Shown: positions 44,338 to 57,710 of the stretch, in pieces
Position numbering within the stretch: the stretch's first letter is position 1
How the letters are laid out: each line of letters starts with the position of its first letter
Source of the DNA: the human T2T-CHM13v2.0 reference genome, Homo sapiens
Assembly (NCBI RefSeq): GCF_009914755.1
Contig: NC_060947.1
Strand: one strand, 5' to 3'
DNA: 64,000 nt
Program-made: the position numbers and the translations under genes
Notes under the pieces: generated by a model
Told to the model about the DNA's origin: nothing
Seen by the model: the letters and a program-made list of their open reading frames with translations, nothing else
Database searches by the model: none

Positions 44338-45032
44338 GCCATCTCATGTCAATTAGAATGGCGATCATTAAAAAGTCAGGAAACAACAGGTGCCGGAGAA
44401 ATGTGGAGAAATAGGAATGCTTTTACACTGTTGGTGGGAGTGTAAATTAGTTCAACCATTGTGGAAGACAGTGTGGTGATTCCTCAAGGATCTAGAACCA
44501 GAAATACCATTTGACCCAGCAATCCCATTAACTGGGTATATACCCAAAGGATTATAAATCATTCTACTATAAAGACACATGCACACATATGTTTATTGAA
44601 GCACTATTCACAATAGCAAAGACTTGGAACCAACCCAAATGCCCATCAATGATAAACTGGATAAAGAAAATGTGGCACATATACACCATGGAATACTATG
44701 CAGCCATAAAAAAGGATGAGTTCATGTCCTCTGCAGGGACATGGATGAAGCTGGACACCATCATTCTCAGCAAACTAACACATGAACAGAAAACCAAACA
44801 CTGCATATTCTCATTTATAAGTAGGAGTTGAACAATAAGAACACGAGGACACAGGGAGGGGAATATCACACACCGGGGCCTGTTGGGGGGTTGGGGGCCA
44901 GGGGAGGGATAACATTAGGAGAAATACTTAATGTAGATGACGGGTTGATGGGTGCAGCAAATCACCATGGCACATGTACACCTATGTAACAAACCTGCAT
45001 GTTCTACACATGTATCCCAGAACTTTAATAAT
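44338..45032 (+). mobile_element. 5'-truncated L1PA7-like element nested in L1MA
   Basis: ORF2 C-terminus and a 3'UTR with TAATGTAGATGACGGGTTGATGGGTGCAGC. TSD AAGAAATAATG at 44327-44337 and 45033-45043. Confidence 0.92.
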
Positions 45033-45417
45033 AAGAAATAATGAAGACTGCATCAGAAATAAAGTTGAGATTAAAAGAATTGCCAAAGATTAATAAAAGA
45101 AAATAATTTTTAAAAAAATAAGCAAAATTGACGAAACATTCGCTAGTATAAGGAAAAAAGAGTAACCCCAAATAAATCAGAAATAAAAAAGGAGACATCA
45201 TAATGGATACCATCAAAATACAAAGGATCATTAGAGACTACTAGGAACAAATATATGCCAACAAATTTGAAAAACAAAAGTGGATAAATTACTGGACACA
45301 TACAAACTACCATGATTGAACCAAAAATAAACAAGAAACCTGAACAGAGCAATGACAAGTAATGAGATTGAATCAGTAATAAAGTCTTCCAACAAAGAAA
45401 AATAGAAGACCAGATGG

Positions 45418-45747
<330 letters not shown>

Positions 45748-45889
45748 TTATTGAACTTCTAGAGTTGCCAGTTCTCCTCAAACCATTCCAAAAATGTAAA
45801 GCAGAAGGAATTCATCCTAACTAATTCTATGAAGCCAGCATATCCTTCATGGTAAAATCAGACAAGAATACCACAGAAAAATAAAACTA

Positions 45890-46279
<390 letters not shown>

Positions 46280-48264
46280 TCAAAAAGATAGTACACCATG
46301 ATCAAGTGGGATTTGTCTCAGGAATGCAAGGATGTTTCAACAAATGAAAATCAATAAATGACACGCATTATATCAATACAATATAGGACAAAAAAAAGCA
46401 TACTATCATCTCAATAGATATAGAAAAATGTTTTGAGAAAATTCAACATTGCTTCATAAAAACTTCTAATACATTAGATATAGAATATAAGTACCACAAC
46501 ATAATGAAGGCTACACATGAAAAATCCACAGCTAACTTCTTACTAAACAGGGATAAGCTTTCAGCTTTCTCTCTAAGAATTGGAAAAAGACAAAGATTGC
46601 CATACTCATCACTCTTATCCAACATAGTTATTGGAAGTCCTAAACAGAGTAGTTAGGCAAGAGAAAGAAATAAATGGCATTCGAATTGGAAAAGAGGAAG
46701 CCAAATTATCCCTGTTTGTAGATGAATAATTCTATCTATAGAAAAATCTAAAGACTCAGCCAAAAACCCTTAAAACTGACAAATGAATTCACTAAAGTGG
46801 CAGGATAAAAAATTTATATATAAAAATCAGTACTTTTTTTTACAAGTACAATAAACTAGATGAAAAATAAATCAAGAAGGTAATCCCACTTAAAATATCT
46901 ATAAAATAATGAATACCTAGGAATAAATTTTTTAAAGAAGTTGAAAAAAGTCTACAGGGAAAACTATATAACAATTATAAAGGAAATTAAAGTGGATACA
47001 AGCAAATAGAAGGATACAAATCCTATGCTCATGGATTGGAAGGATTAATACTGTTAAAATGGCAATACTACCCAAAGCAATCTACAGATTCAGTGCAATC
47101 CCTATCAAAATACCAATAATGTTCTTTACAGAAATAGAACAAAAATTCTGAAATTTGTCTGGAGCTACAAAATGCCTCTAATAGCCAAAACAATCATCAG
47201 CAAAAATAGAAAAACTGGAAGTATCACACTAGCAGATCACAAAATATACTACAAAGTTGTAGTGAACAAAATGGCAGGATACTAGCATAAAAACAAACAT
47301 AGACCAATGGAGCAAAATGGAGAACCCAGAAATTAATACATATATTTACAGCCAACTGATTTTTGACAAAGGTAGCAATAACACTCATTAGGGAAAAGGA
47401 CAGTCCCTTTAATAAGTGGTGCTAGGAAAACTGTATATCTACATGCAAAAGAATAAAACTAGACTTTCACCTCTCGTCCTACAGAAAAATCAACTCAAAG
47501 TGAATCACATGCCTGAATTTAAGATCCAAAATTATAAAATTACTAGAAGAAAATGGGAGAAATGTTTCAGGACATTGGTCTGGGTAAGATTGTATGAATA
47601 AGACTTCAAAAGTGCAGGCAATAAACGCAAAGGTAAACAAATAGGATTATGTTAGACTACAGATTTCTGCACAACAAAGAAAGCAATCAACAGAGTGTAA
47701 AAACAACCTACAGGATGGGAAAAAATATTTGCAAACTAATCTTCCAACAGGGAATTAATATCCGGATTACATAAGGAGCTGAAGCATATAAAAAGCAAAA
47801 ACACAATCCAATTTAAAAATGAGCCAGTGATTTAAATAGGGATTTCTCAAAAGAAAACATATAAATGACAGAGAAATATGTGAAAAAAATACTCCACATC
47901 ACTAACCTTCAGGGAACTATAATACAGTATGGTATCATCCCACCCCATCTTGTATGGCTATTGTGAAAAAGACAAAAGATAGCAAATGCTGGTTAGGATG
48001 TAGGGAAGAAAGTAATCACACATTGTTGATGAGAATGCAAATGAGTAAAAGCACTGTCAAGAAAAGTATGGAAGTCCCTCAAAAAACTAAAAATAGAACT
48101 ACCATATGATCCAGCAATCCCACTACTGGGAATTTATCCAAAAGAAAAAAATATCATATTAGAGACATCTCCACCCTTGTGTTTATTGAAGCACTATTCA
48201 CAATAGTCAAGATGTGGAATGAACCTAGGTGTCCAATAACAGATGAATGGATAAATTGTGAGGG

Positions 48265-48297
<33 letters not shown>

Positions 48298-48453
48298 TAC
48301 GTATATATACGTTTATATATACGTATATATACACATATATACGTGTATATATACATATATACGTATATATATACGTGTATATATATACGTATATATGTGT
48401 ATATATATGTGTATATATATACACGTATATATATATATATGTGTGTGTGTGTG

Positions 48454-48484
<31 letters not shown>
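48265..48484. repeat. 220-bp (TG)/(TA)/(TACG)/(CA) alternating purine-pyrimidine tract
   Basis: Seen directly, inside the L1 ORF2 end. Confidence 0.95.
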
Positions 48485-48840
48485 TACTCAGCCATAAAAA
48501 AGGAAACCACGCCGGTCACAGCAACATGGATGAATGAAACAAGAGGACATGCTAAAGGAAATAAGCCAGGAACAGAAAGTTAAACACTGCATGTTCTCAC
48601 TCATATGTGGAAGTGAAAGGCATTTGATCTCAGGAGGCAGAAGTAGAACAGAGGATACTAGAGACTGGGAAGGGTAAAATGAAGGGAAGGATAGGGACAG
48701 CTCTGCTAAGAGACACAAAATTGCAGCTAAATAGGACAAATAAGTTCTAGTGTTCTATGTCACTGAAGGATGACTATAGTTAGCTATATGTATATGTAAT
48801 ATATAATGTATATACATATACATATATAAAATATAGTTTT

Positions 48841-49251
<411 letters not shown>

Positions 49252-49477
49252 TTATTGAGATTATAGATATGCTAATTACCCTGACCTTATCAGTATATAC
49301 TATATATATCAAAACACTACTTTGTACCCTATGAATATCTATAATTATTTTTCAATTAAGAAATAATGATAAAATAAATTATTTGCTGAAAGAAATTGCA
49401 AGGATTAAATTTTAAAAATTGTTATGGAACAGCAAAAAAGAAAAAAATTATACAAGCATTAAAGATTTATGTTTAAT

Positions 49478-49620
49478 AAGTAGATTTTTACTGCTGCTGC
49501 CACAAAAAAGTGTATGAGATGATTGATATGTCAATTTCCTTCACTATAACAACCATTGTACTCCCTACAGCTATCCCATAATGTCATGTTGTAAACCTCA
49601 AATATAAATAATATTTATTA
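49478..49620 (+). mobile_element. Short L1MA7-like 3' end
   Basis: AGTAGATTTT..CTGCT..TGCCACAAAAAA..GAGATGAT.GATATGT..TATCCCATAA..CATGTTGTA. Confidence 0.65.
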
Positions 49621-50264
49621 AAAACCCAAAATACTACCAAACTGAAATCAACATGTCTAAAAGGTCTTTCATGATGATTCAGTGAGATTCATTTCAGTGA
49701 TGGAAGAATGATTCAACATATGCCAATCAATAACTATGGTACATCACATCAGTAGAATGAAGGGCAAAAATCATACAATCAATTCAATAGATGCCAGAAA
49801 AAGCATTTGATGACATTCAACATTCTTTCATAATAAAAACTCTCAACAAACTGGGTATAGAAGGAACATGCCTGAACATAAAAAAGGCTATAGATAACAA
49901 ACCCACAGTTAGTATCATACAGAACAAAGAAAAACCGAAAGCTTTTTCTCTAAAATCTGGAACAAGACAAGGATGCCCACTCACCAATCAACATAGTACT
50001 GGAAGTCCTAGCCAGAGCAAGTAGACAAGAGAAAGAAATGAAGGGCATCCAAATTGGAAAGGAAGAAGTTCAATTATTCATTTTTGAAAATTATATGATT
50101 TTATATTTAGAAAAAACTAAAGACTCCACCAAAAAACTATTAGAACTGATCAACAAATTCAGTAAAGTTGCAGAATACAAAATTAACATTAAAAAATCAG
50201 TTGTACTTCTATATGCCAACAGTGAATAATCTGGAAAAAGAAGCAATCCATTTACAATACCTAC

Positions 50265-50333
50265 AAATAAATAAAATAAAATAAAATAAAATAAAATAAA
50301 ATAAAATAAAATAAAATAAAATAAAATAAAATA
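50265..50333. repeat. (AAAAT)n pentanucleotide repeat
   Basis: About 13 units, seen directly. Confidence 0.95.
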
Positions 50334-51224
50334 CCTAGAGATAAACTTAACCAAAGAAGTGAAAGATTTCTACAAAGAAAACCATAAAATATTAATGAAA
50401 GAAATTGAAGAGAACACAAAAAAAGGAAAGCTATTCTATGTGCATGGATTAGAAGAACCAATATTTTTTAATGTCCATTCCACCCAAAGCAATGTACAGA
50501 TTCAATGCAATCTGTATTAAAATACCAATGACATTCTTCACAGAAATACAAAAAAAAAGACTATCCTAAAATTTCTATGGAACCACAAAACACCCAGAAC
50601 AGCCAAAGCTATTCTAAGCAAAAAGAACAAAACTGCAGGAATCACATTACCGCACTTCAAATTATATACTGCAGAGCTGTAGTAATCAAAACAGCATGGT
50701 ATTGCCATAAAAACAGACTCACAGGCCAATGAAACAGAATAGAGAACCCAGAAACAAATCTACACATTTACAGTCAACTTATTGTTTGCAACAATGCCAA
50801 AAACATACATTAAGGAAAGGACGGCATGTTTAATAAATGGTGCTGGGAAAACTGGATATCCATATGCAGAAAGATGAAACTAGATGCCTTTCACCATATA
50901 CAAAAATCAAATCAAAATTGATTAAAGACTTAAATCTAAGACCTGAAACTATAAAAATACTGAAAGACAACATTGAGAAACACTCCAAGACAATGGTCTG
51001 GGCAAATATTTCTTAAGTAAAACCTCAAAAGCAAAGGCAATCAAATAAAAAAATAGACAAAGGAGATCAAATCAAGCTGAAAGGCTTCTGCGCAGCAACA
51101 GAAACAATCAAGAAAGTGAAGAGACAATACACAGAATGAGATAAAATATTTGCAAACTACCTATCTGACAAAAGATTAGTAACTACAATATGTAAGAGAC
51201 CCAAATAACTAAATAGAAAAAAGA

Positions 51225-51330
51225 CCATGGCACACATTTACCTATGTAACAAACCTGCACATCCTGCACATGTATCCTGGAACTTAAAATCAAAGTTGAA
51301 GAAAAAAAAGAAAAAGAAAAAAAGAAAAAG
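51225..51330 (+). mobile_element. Minimal older L1PA 3' end (about 75 bp plus tail)
   Basis: CCATGGCACACATTTACCTATGTAACAAACCTGCACATCCTGCACATGTATCCTGGAACTTAAAAT followed by an A/G-rich tail. Confidence 0.85.
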
Positions 51331-52454
51331 AATCCAATTTTAAAATGTGTAAATGCTCCAAATAAAAATTTCTCAAAAGACGACATACATGGCCAACAGG
51401 TATATTAAAAAGTTCACCACTAATACTTAGAGAAGTGCAAATCACAACTACAATGAACTATCATCCCACCACAATTAAAATGGCTTTTATACAAAAGACA
51501 GGCAATAACAAACACCGTCAAGGGTATAGAGAAAGAGGAACCCTCATACACTATTTGTGGGAATGTAAATTAGTACAACCATTATGGAGAACAGTATAGA
51601 AAGTACTCAAGAAACTATAAATAGAACTGCCATATGACCCAGCAACCCCACTGCTGGGTATGTATCCAAAAGAAAGAAAATCAATATATCAAAGAGATCT
51701 GTGTTCCCTTGCTTATTGAGACACTATTCACAATAGCCAAGCTATGAAATCAACCTAAGTGTTCATTAGCAGATGAATGAACAAAGAAAATGTGGTACAT
51801 ATACACAATGGAATATCATTTAACCATCAAAAAGAATGAAATCCTGTCATTTGCAACATGTTTGGAAATGCAGGGCATTATGTAAAGTAAGCTAGGCACA
51901 GAAAGACAAATGTCACGTTCTCACTCATATGTGGGAGACAAAAAAAAAAATGAACACATGGAGAGAGGGACAGAGTAGAATGATGGTACCAGAGACTGGA
52001 AAGGGTAGTGGAAAGAGAGGAATAAAGAGGGAATGGTTAATGGGCATAAAAATAAAGTTAGAGAGGAGGAATAAGATCTACTGTTCAGTAGCACAATAGG
52101 GTGATTATTGTTTAAAACAATTTATTGTATATTTCAAAATAACTTAAAGAATAGAATTGGAATGTTCCTAACTTAATAAAATTATAAATGCTTGAGGTGA
52201 TGGATATCCCAATTATTCTGATTTGATCATAACATTTTGTGTATTTGTATCAAAATAGCACATGTAACCCATAAATATGTACAACTATTATGTATCCATA
52301 ATTTGAAAAAACAAAAAAGGTTTATTTAGCATAAATATATGTAAATTTCTGTAATTTATGTAGAAATCATATAAGATATAAAAGACCTGGAATAATATCA
52401 CTGCATCTAAAAAAGATATATTGTTCTGGTTGAATATATACTAAACATAAATTA

Positions 52455-52692
52455 ATAATGAGATGTGACTACCAAAGGTTAAAGTGATTTTTGGTTACAT
52501 ACTAAAATTTCAATATGCAATGAAAGGCATGAGTAAATACTGGCTTCATTTCAGGGCACTGCATTTTAAGAGGACCACGTAAAAATATGAAAATTATATG
52601 CAAATATAGTATGTCCAGAGAAGAAAGACTAGAATATTGAAAGTTCTTGACATTGCATTAAATGAGCAATAGTTGAAGGAACTAATGTTTTA
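52455..52692 (+). mobile_element. L3/CR1 LINE fragment
   Basis: GGGCACTGCATTTTAAGAGG, GTCCAGAG and GTTGAAGGAACT..TGTTT motifs. Confidence 0.65.
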
Positions 52693-53013
52693 AAGTCTCC
52701 ATTGTTTTATTAAAAATATAACTATATATAACCATAGATAAATTATATGTAAATCCATAATATGAGGCCCAGTTTACAATAAAAATGGCCTCACCATTTT
52801 TACAAGGGTCCTGTTTCTGGAACCAAAATTTCCAAAAATTTGTAGGCAATTACAAAACAAACAATCAAAAACTTTATTTTGCTGGGACTAGGAAAACCTA
52901 TCAAGAGAGCCTAGTAACTCTAGCAGTCAAGTAAATTAGGCATAAGGTTATTTAGTATGATAAACAACAAATCTACCTTCCATTGGCAACTATAAAGACT
53001 TCTTAGTTCAGGT

Positions 53014-53164
53014 TAGTGGTCCTAAAACTTTTCTGCACGTTGCAATCACCTGGCCCCCACCTCCAGATATTCTAATTTAATCAACATGGGATACAACCTG
53101 GGCACCAGAATCTTTTAAAGCTCTCCATATGAATCTAACATGCAACAAAGTTTGAGAACCACTA
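53014..53164. mobile_element. MER5A-type hAT-Charlie MITE
   Basis: TAGTGGTCCTAAAACTT...AATCACCTGG...AAGTTTGAGAACCACTA terminal inverted repeats. Confidence 0.8.
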
Positions 53165-54659
53165 CTTTATGTTATTATTATTTGTAAAAATAAAATCTTT
53201 ATTGCACCATCTACCGTGGGAAAAGTATATAGGGCAACTTTTTGTGGTGTGCCTAGTATCATAAAGCCCATATTATAGAGGAATTCTTCAACTCCAATAA
53301 TACTAACAAAAGCTAAAATTAATTTAGCACTAAGATGACTTTTCCAAGGTCACATGTCTAGTAAATACTAGATTCAAGATTCAAAATCAAATTTAATTTA
53401 ATATGCATAATGCATTGTATACTATATTAAAAGAGTAACAATGTGGTAATCATGTTATTAATAACTTGTCTGGGAATCATGTCTTGGTATATTGAATGAT
53501 ATTTTAAATGCACCCAGGAGCTTGTTATTTATAACAACCCTGTAGTGAATACACATTTATCTTCCACATTACTCTTGAGAACATGGTTTAGCAACAGTAA
53601 CTCTTATTTAAAAGCCTTCAGGAGTGAATAGCTTAGAATGATTCAGTAAATGTGGCACAAACACCAAACTACTATAATTATTCTTAGACTGCATTAATAA
53701 AAATATGATATCTAGACTAGAGGGGTGGTTATCTGGGATCAGCTGTGGTCAGAACATACGAAAGTATTGTGTAAATTTTGAGGGGTCTACCATTCTTTTT
53801 TATTATAATAAGGTTTTGCTTGCTCACAATACCATATCTAAAACACTTAAGGCTGGATTTGTTTCAAAAATTCTATTTTTTCAGGATTTAGAAAGCTAAT
53901 ACAGTGTAATGCACTGTATATGACCAGTACACGCAGTGGACTTTAGGACAGTACCCTCTAATCAAACACATTAACATTTCTGTAGCAAAATCCATGAATA
54001 TACATACTATTTAGCAATAATGAAAACTATATACACAGTTTTACATCAGTTCACTTTGCTGACAAAATATTCATATTAAGTGAGGTTGAGTGGCCAAATG
54101 ATATAAGAAAGCTTTTAATTTCAGGGTTTTATTTTTGGTTTCTGAATTACATATAAGATATTACAGAATTGTATATGCCTGTATTAATAAAGATTCAAAC
54201 AATACAGCAGGATGAAAAAAGAAAATAAAAAATATCTCCCCCCCTCTAGTCCCAGTTTCAGAGCAGTGATTATTTTTAAACCATTTATCTTTGTGGATTT
54301 CTTGCTGGTTAGTGCCACAACTCAAAATATTGTGTTTATTTTGCTCTTTATTGATTTATGAACTTTAAGATAATATATTAGCTTTATGCCAATGTATAAT
54401 TAGCTCATTCTACTTTCCTACTTTCTTCCTACTCACCCACTACCACCACCCATACTCAAAAAAAGAAACCACCCTGCTACTCATATTTTTATTTTTAGGT
54501 ATAACTGTGCTTAGTAAACTTCTTTTCCTAACCTTTTCATTTTAGATGGTATCATTACCTTCCTCTTTATATAAAATAGAATAAAATATTGGGTCTCATG
54601 CTTTTAAAAGGAGAACACAAGTATAGTAAAGAGACATAAACCAATATTATATAAGAAAC

Positions 54660-55024
54660 ATAGAGCCTCAAGAAGAGCAAACTCAAGGAAAAGATGGAAA
54701 TTGTCCTCAAATAGTTTAAGAACTATCATGAAGGTTAGAGAACAGAGTGCTCTGTGTATCCTCAGGAGGGTAGCACTGGGAATAATAGATGGAATCTACA
54801 GAACAGATTTGGAATTATCATAAGCAGAAGTTTACAAGGATAATCAAAGACTAGTCAAAGAACGTGTAGACAGCTTCAGTAGATAGTGAGCTCCCTATCA
54901 CAAAAGGTGTTTAAGCAGGAACTTGATAACCTCTTGTCAGAAAAGTTACAGAGGAATTCAAACGCCAATTGGGTAGCATGGACTAGAGGACATTTAAGGT
55001 CCTTTCCCACTCTAAAAGTCTATC
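54660..55024 (+). mobile_element. L3/CR1 3' end
   Basis: TAGTGAGCTCCCTATCAC..AGGTGTTTAAGCAG..TGGACTAGA.GAC..TAAGGTCCTTTCC. Confidence 0.75.
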
Positions 55025-56289
55025 ACACAGTGGTTGCTTGATCTCTAGGATCTCTTATGGGTAAAACAAAATCTATATTCTCATGACGTTAGTCTCAGTA
55101 GCACTACGACTACAACATACTAGCCCATTTTTCAGTAAGTTAAGGACTTACCATATATTAAATCAGAACCCTAAATTCAGAATTACATACTTTTCTTCCA
55201 GAAGTCTCACCAGATGTGATTTTTGTCCCAAGGCATGCGTGCACAACTGGTTCTTTGGGAGCTAAAATATGTTTATGACTAAGCATAACTTTTATAACCC
55301 ATAGGAAAACAAAAATTTTTTTAAAAAAAGAAAGATAATCAAGTCAGAAGAGATTATGTCTGAGGGTTAGATGCTAAGATTTGAGGGGCCAGGAGGATAG
55401 ATTGCTAAGTCCTCAAGAACATCAAAGAAATCCTCATTTCTCCAATCTTTTGCCAATCGGAAAAACTGCTTCCAAATTTAAACCCCAAGCTTTCAATTTA
55501 TTCTTCTGTGGTCTTGATGAGAAGATAGATATTCACAGGAGCTATACCACTGCAGGTAAGGGTGCCAGGGAATCTCCCTTATATACTCATCCTTGAAAAA
55601 TGCAGAGGTGGATGGAGATATCTCAGGAAGATTTGTTAATAATGGGACATTTAAAAGTAGAGAAAGATCTTAACATTTGTTCTCCTACTACCTCAATTAA
55701 TGAATTTTTTATTCCTTAGTTCCTTTTTTATATTTTCATTTAAAAACTTTAAACAAAGTCTACATAAACTTCACATCTCAATGAAATAGCAAAAGATGTT
55801 TGCCCTATTATGTTTAATTTTGCAGGCATGTCTATGGGAAAGATCAAGAGTAAGTATTCTCTTGCATATTCCTGCTTCATCTCCTCAGCATTTGCTATTA
55901 TAGAATCTTAGCAGATAATGGTTCCCACTGAATGACTGGCTTACCCATGTGGTGCACTCATACCAATGTTTCTGAGTTTTCCATAGTACAAATGTATATA
56001 CAATCTCAAATACGTGAGTGAAAACTGAATGTGTATACTGGAACATTTTCAAATGTGTTTGAATAATTCCAATAAAATGATATATTTTTCAGCAAAGTAG
56101 CAAAAAATGCGAAGCAATTTTTCTTAATGTTTTATATTTTCCTAAGGAACCAGAATACTTAAAAAATATTTTAACACTTAAAGTGACTCCTCCCCACATC
56201 ATAGCTACCCACGCACATATACACATGCACACACACACACACTCCTGCTCATATTCAGAAACATTTCTCTAATCACAGATTTTGAACCA

Positions 56290-56720
56290 AAGAGCAAGTA
56301 TACCATAAATCCATTTACTTTGGATGCAGGGTTGGTCATTAACTGGTTGAAGTAGGCCTACAGAAATAAATCCAAGTTGACCAAGAAGGAGTCTACTCAC
56401 AAAGACTTGTTAATAGAATGACTTCTATTTAATCTAGAAAAACAAGGACTGAATGAGTGGAGTGGTGGATAGTTATAAATTCATAAGGGAGGTTAGGTGA
56501 ATGATCTTGATCATTAAGCTTCTACAATATGAAACTACAGCAGAGATGCACAAACATAAATAAGAAATTTGAGGCCACTAAGTCTGCTCTCAAGGAAAGG
56601 AATCTTGTATCACATAGCAATAAGAGGATAAATTAATAGAATTTCCTACTTTAAGAGGCTATATCATCCTGAGTTTCAAAAATAATTTCAGTTATGTTCT
56701 GGATAATAGTCACAATAATG
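56290..56720 (+). mobile_element. Possible ancient CR1-type LINE fragment
   Basis: Weak CR1-like motifs (TATTTAATCTAGAAAAACAAGGACTGA, AGTTATAAATTCATAAGGG, GAGTTTCAAAAATAATT). Confidence 0.35.
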
Positions 56721-56768
56721 TATAGGCCACTCACATGATGTTTAAGTTGGGTTTTCATGGAACGCAAT

Positions 56769-57150
56769 TGTGTCTTACTCTATTTTGTGTTGCTGTTTAA
56801 CAGGATACCTGAGACTTAGTAATTTATAAGGAACAGAAATATATTTCTTTCAGTTCTGGAAACTGGGAAGCCCAAGATCAAGGTGCCTGCAGATTTGGTG
56901 TCTGATGAGGGCCTTCACTCTGCTTCCAAGATGGCACCTTAAAGGCTGCATCCTCTGGAGGGGGAAACACTGTTCACATGGCAAAAGAGCTGAAGAGCCA
57001 AGAGAGTGAGAGAAGGGTGAACTCTTCATTTAAACCAGCACAAATCCCACTCATGAGGGTGGAGCCCTCATAGCCAAATCAGCACTTAAAGATCATGGCA
57101 ATTAAATTTTAACATCAGTTTTGGAAGAGACACGCATTCAAACCATAACA
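56769..57150 (-). mobile_element. MST (MSTD/MLT1A-like) MaLR solo LTR
   Basis: CAAGATCAAGGTGCCTGCAGATTTGGTGTCTG, TCATGAGGGTGGAGCCCTCAT, ends ATTCAAACCATAACA. Confidence 0.85.
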
Positions 57151-57439
57151 ACAATCATCTTTGAAAATGCTCACCCTCAAGATATTTCTCATATTTTTGT
57201 GTGTTATTTGCTCTATTTATTGCTATCTATTTACAAACTGAAATCATAAGATGACTTGAAAACGTGCAGTGGGTAATATTGACAAAACTTTAAGCCAACC
57301 ATTTATATACTTTTATCGTGGAATGTCCTGTGTCACTTTTATGTTCCCAAATGCCCTGTGCAGGATGTGGTGAAAGAATAAGATAATGAAGAGGTCTTAT
57401 ATCAAATAAATTTGATTAACAGAAGAACAAAATCAATCC

Positions 57440-57540
57440 ACAGTTGGAGAATATGGGTGAAGGGCACATGTGGTCTCTCATACTATTTTTGCAAATTCCT
57501 TTGAATCTAAGATTATTTCAAAAATAGAAGTTTAAAAAAA
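57440..57540 (+). mobile_element. Old L1M 3' terminal fragment
   Basis: GGGTGAAGGG..TACTATTTTTGCAA.TTC..TGAATCTAA.ATTATTTCAAAA plus an A run. Confidence 0.65.
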
Positions 57541-57649
57541 TCATTCCATAGTGAGCAAACCTTTGAGCAAACATGAAGAAATTAATAGAAGTTAAGAGAC
57601 AGGAAATAAAGAGAATCTTGACCTGGAAAGAGACAGAATTTATAAATCA

Positions 57650-57710
57650 ACCATGCTGGGATTTTTAACTTCTGTACATGACCCAGAGAAATTAAAAGTC
57701 CCAGCATGGT
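57650..57710. repeat. Inverted repeat with 24-bp arms and a 13-nt loop
   Basis: ACCATGCTGGGATTTTTAACTTCT ... AGAAATTAAAAGTCCCAGCATGGT, 22 of 24 Watson-Crick pairs. Confidence 0.95.

Larger units (their letters stand above)
49620..52318 (+). mobile_element. L1MA4-like ORF2 3' half and 3'UTR
   Basis: [20 protein letters not shown]...GTRQGCPL; 3'UTR AAATGCTTGAGGTGATGGATATCCCAATT..TGATTTGATCAT. Confidence 0.85.

Noticed and set aside
44875-44910. G-quadruplex-like G tracts
   Set aside because: The standard L1PA 3'UTR polypurine tract.
48179-48583. Y/I/V/C/T/H-rich ORFs here and at 20234-20642
   Set aside because: Artefacts of stop-free dinucleotide repeats.
55146-55270. Minus-strand donor ATG|GTAAGT with a possible 110-nt exon
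   Set aside because: Stops in all three frames and a weak acceptor.
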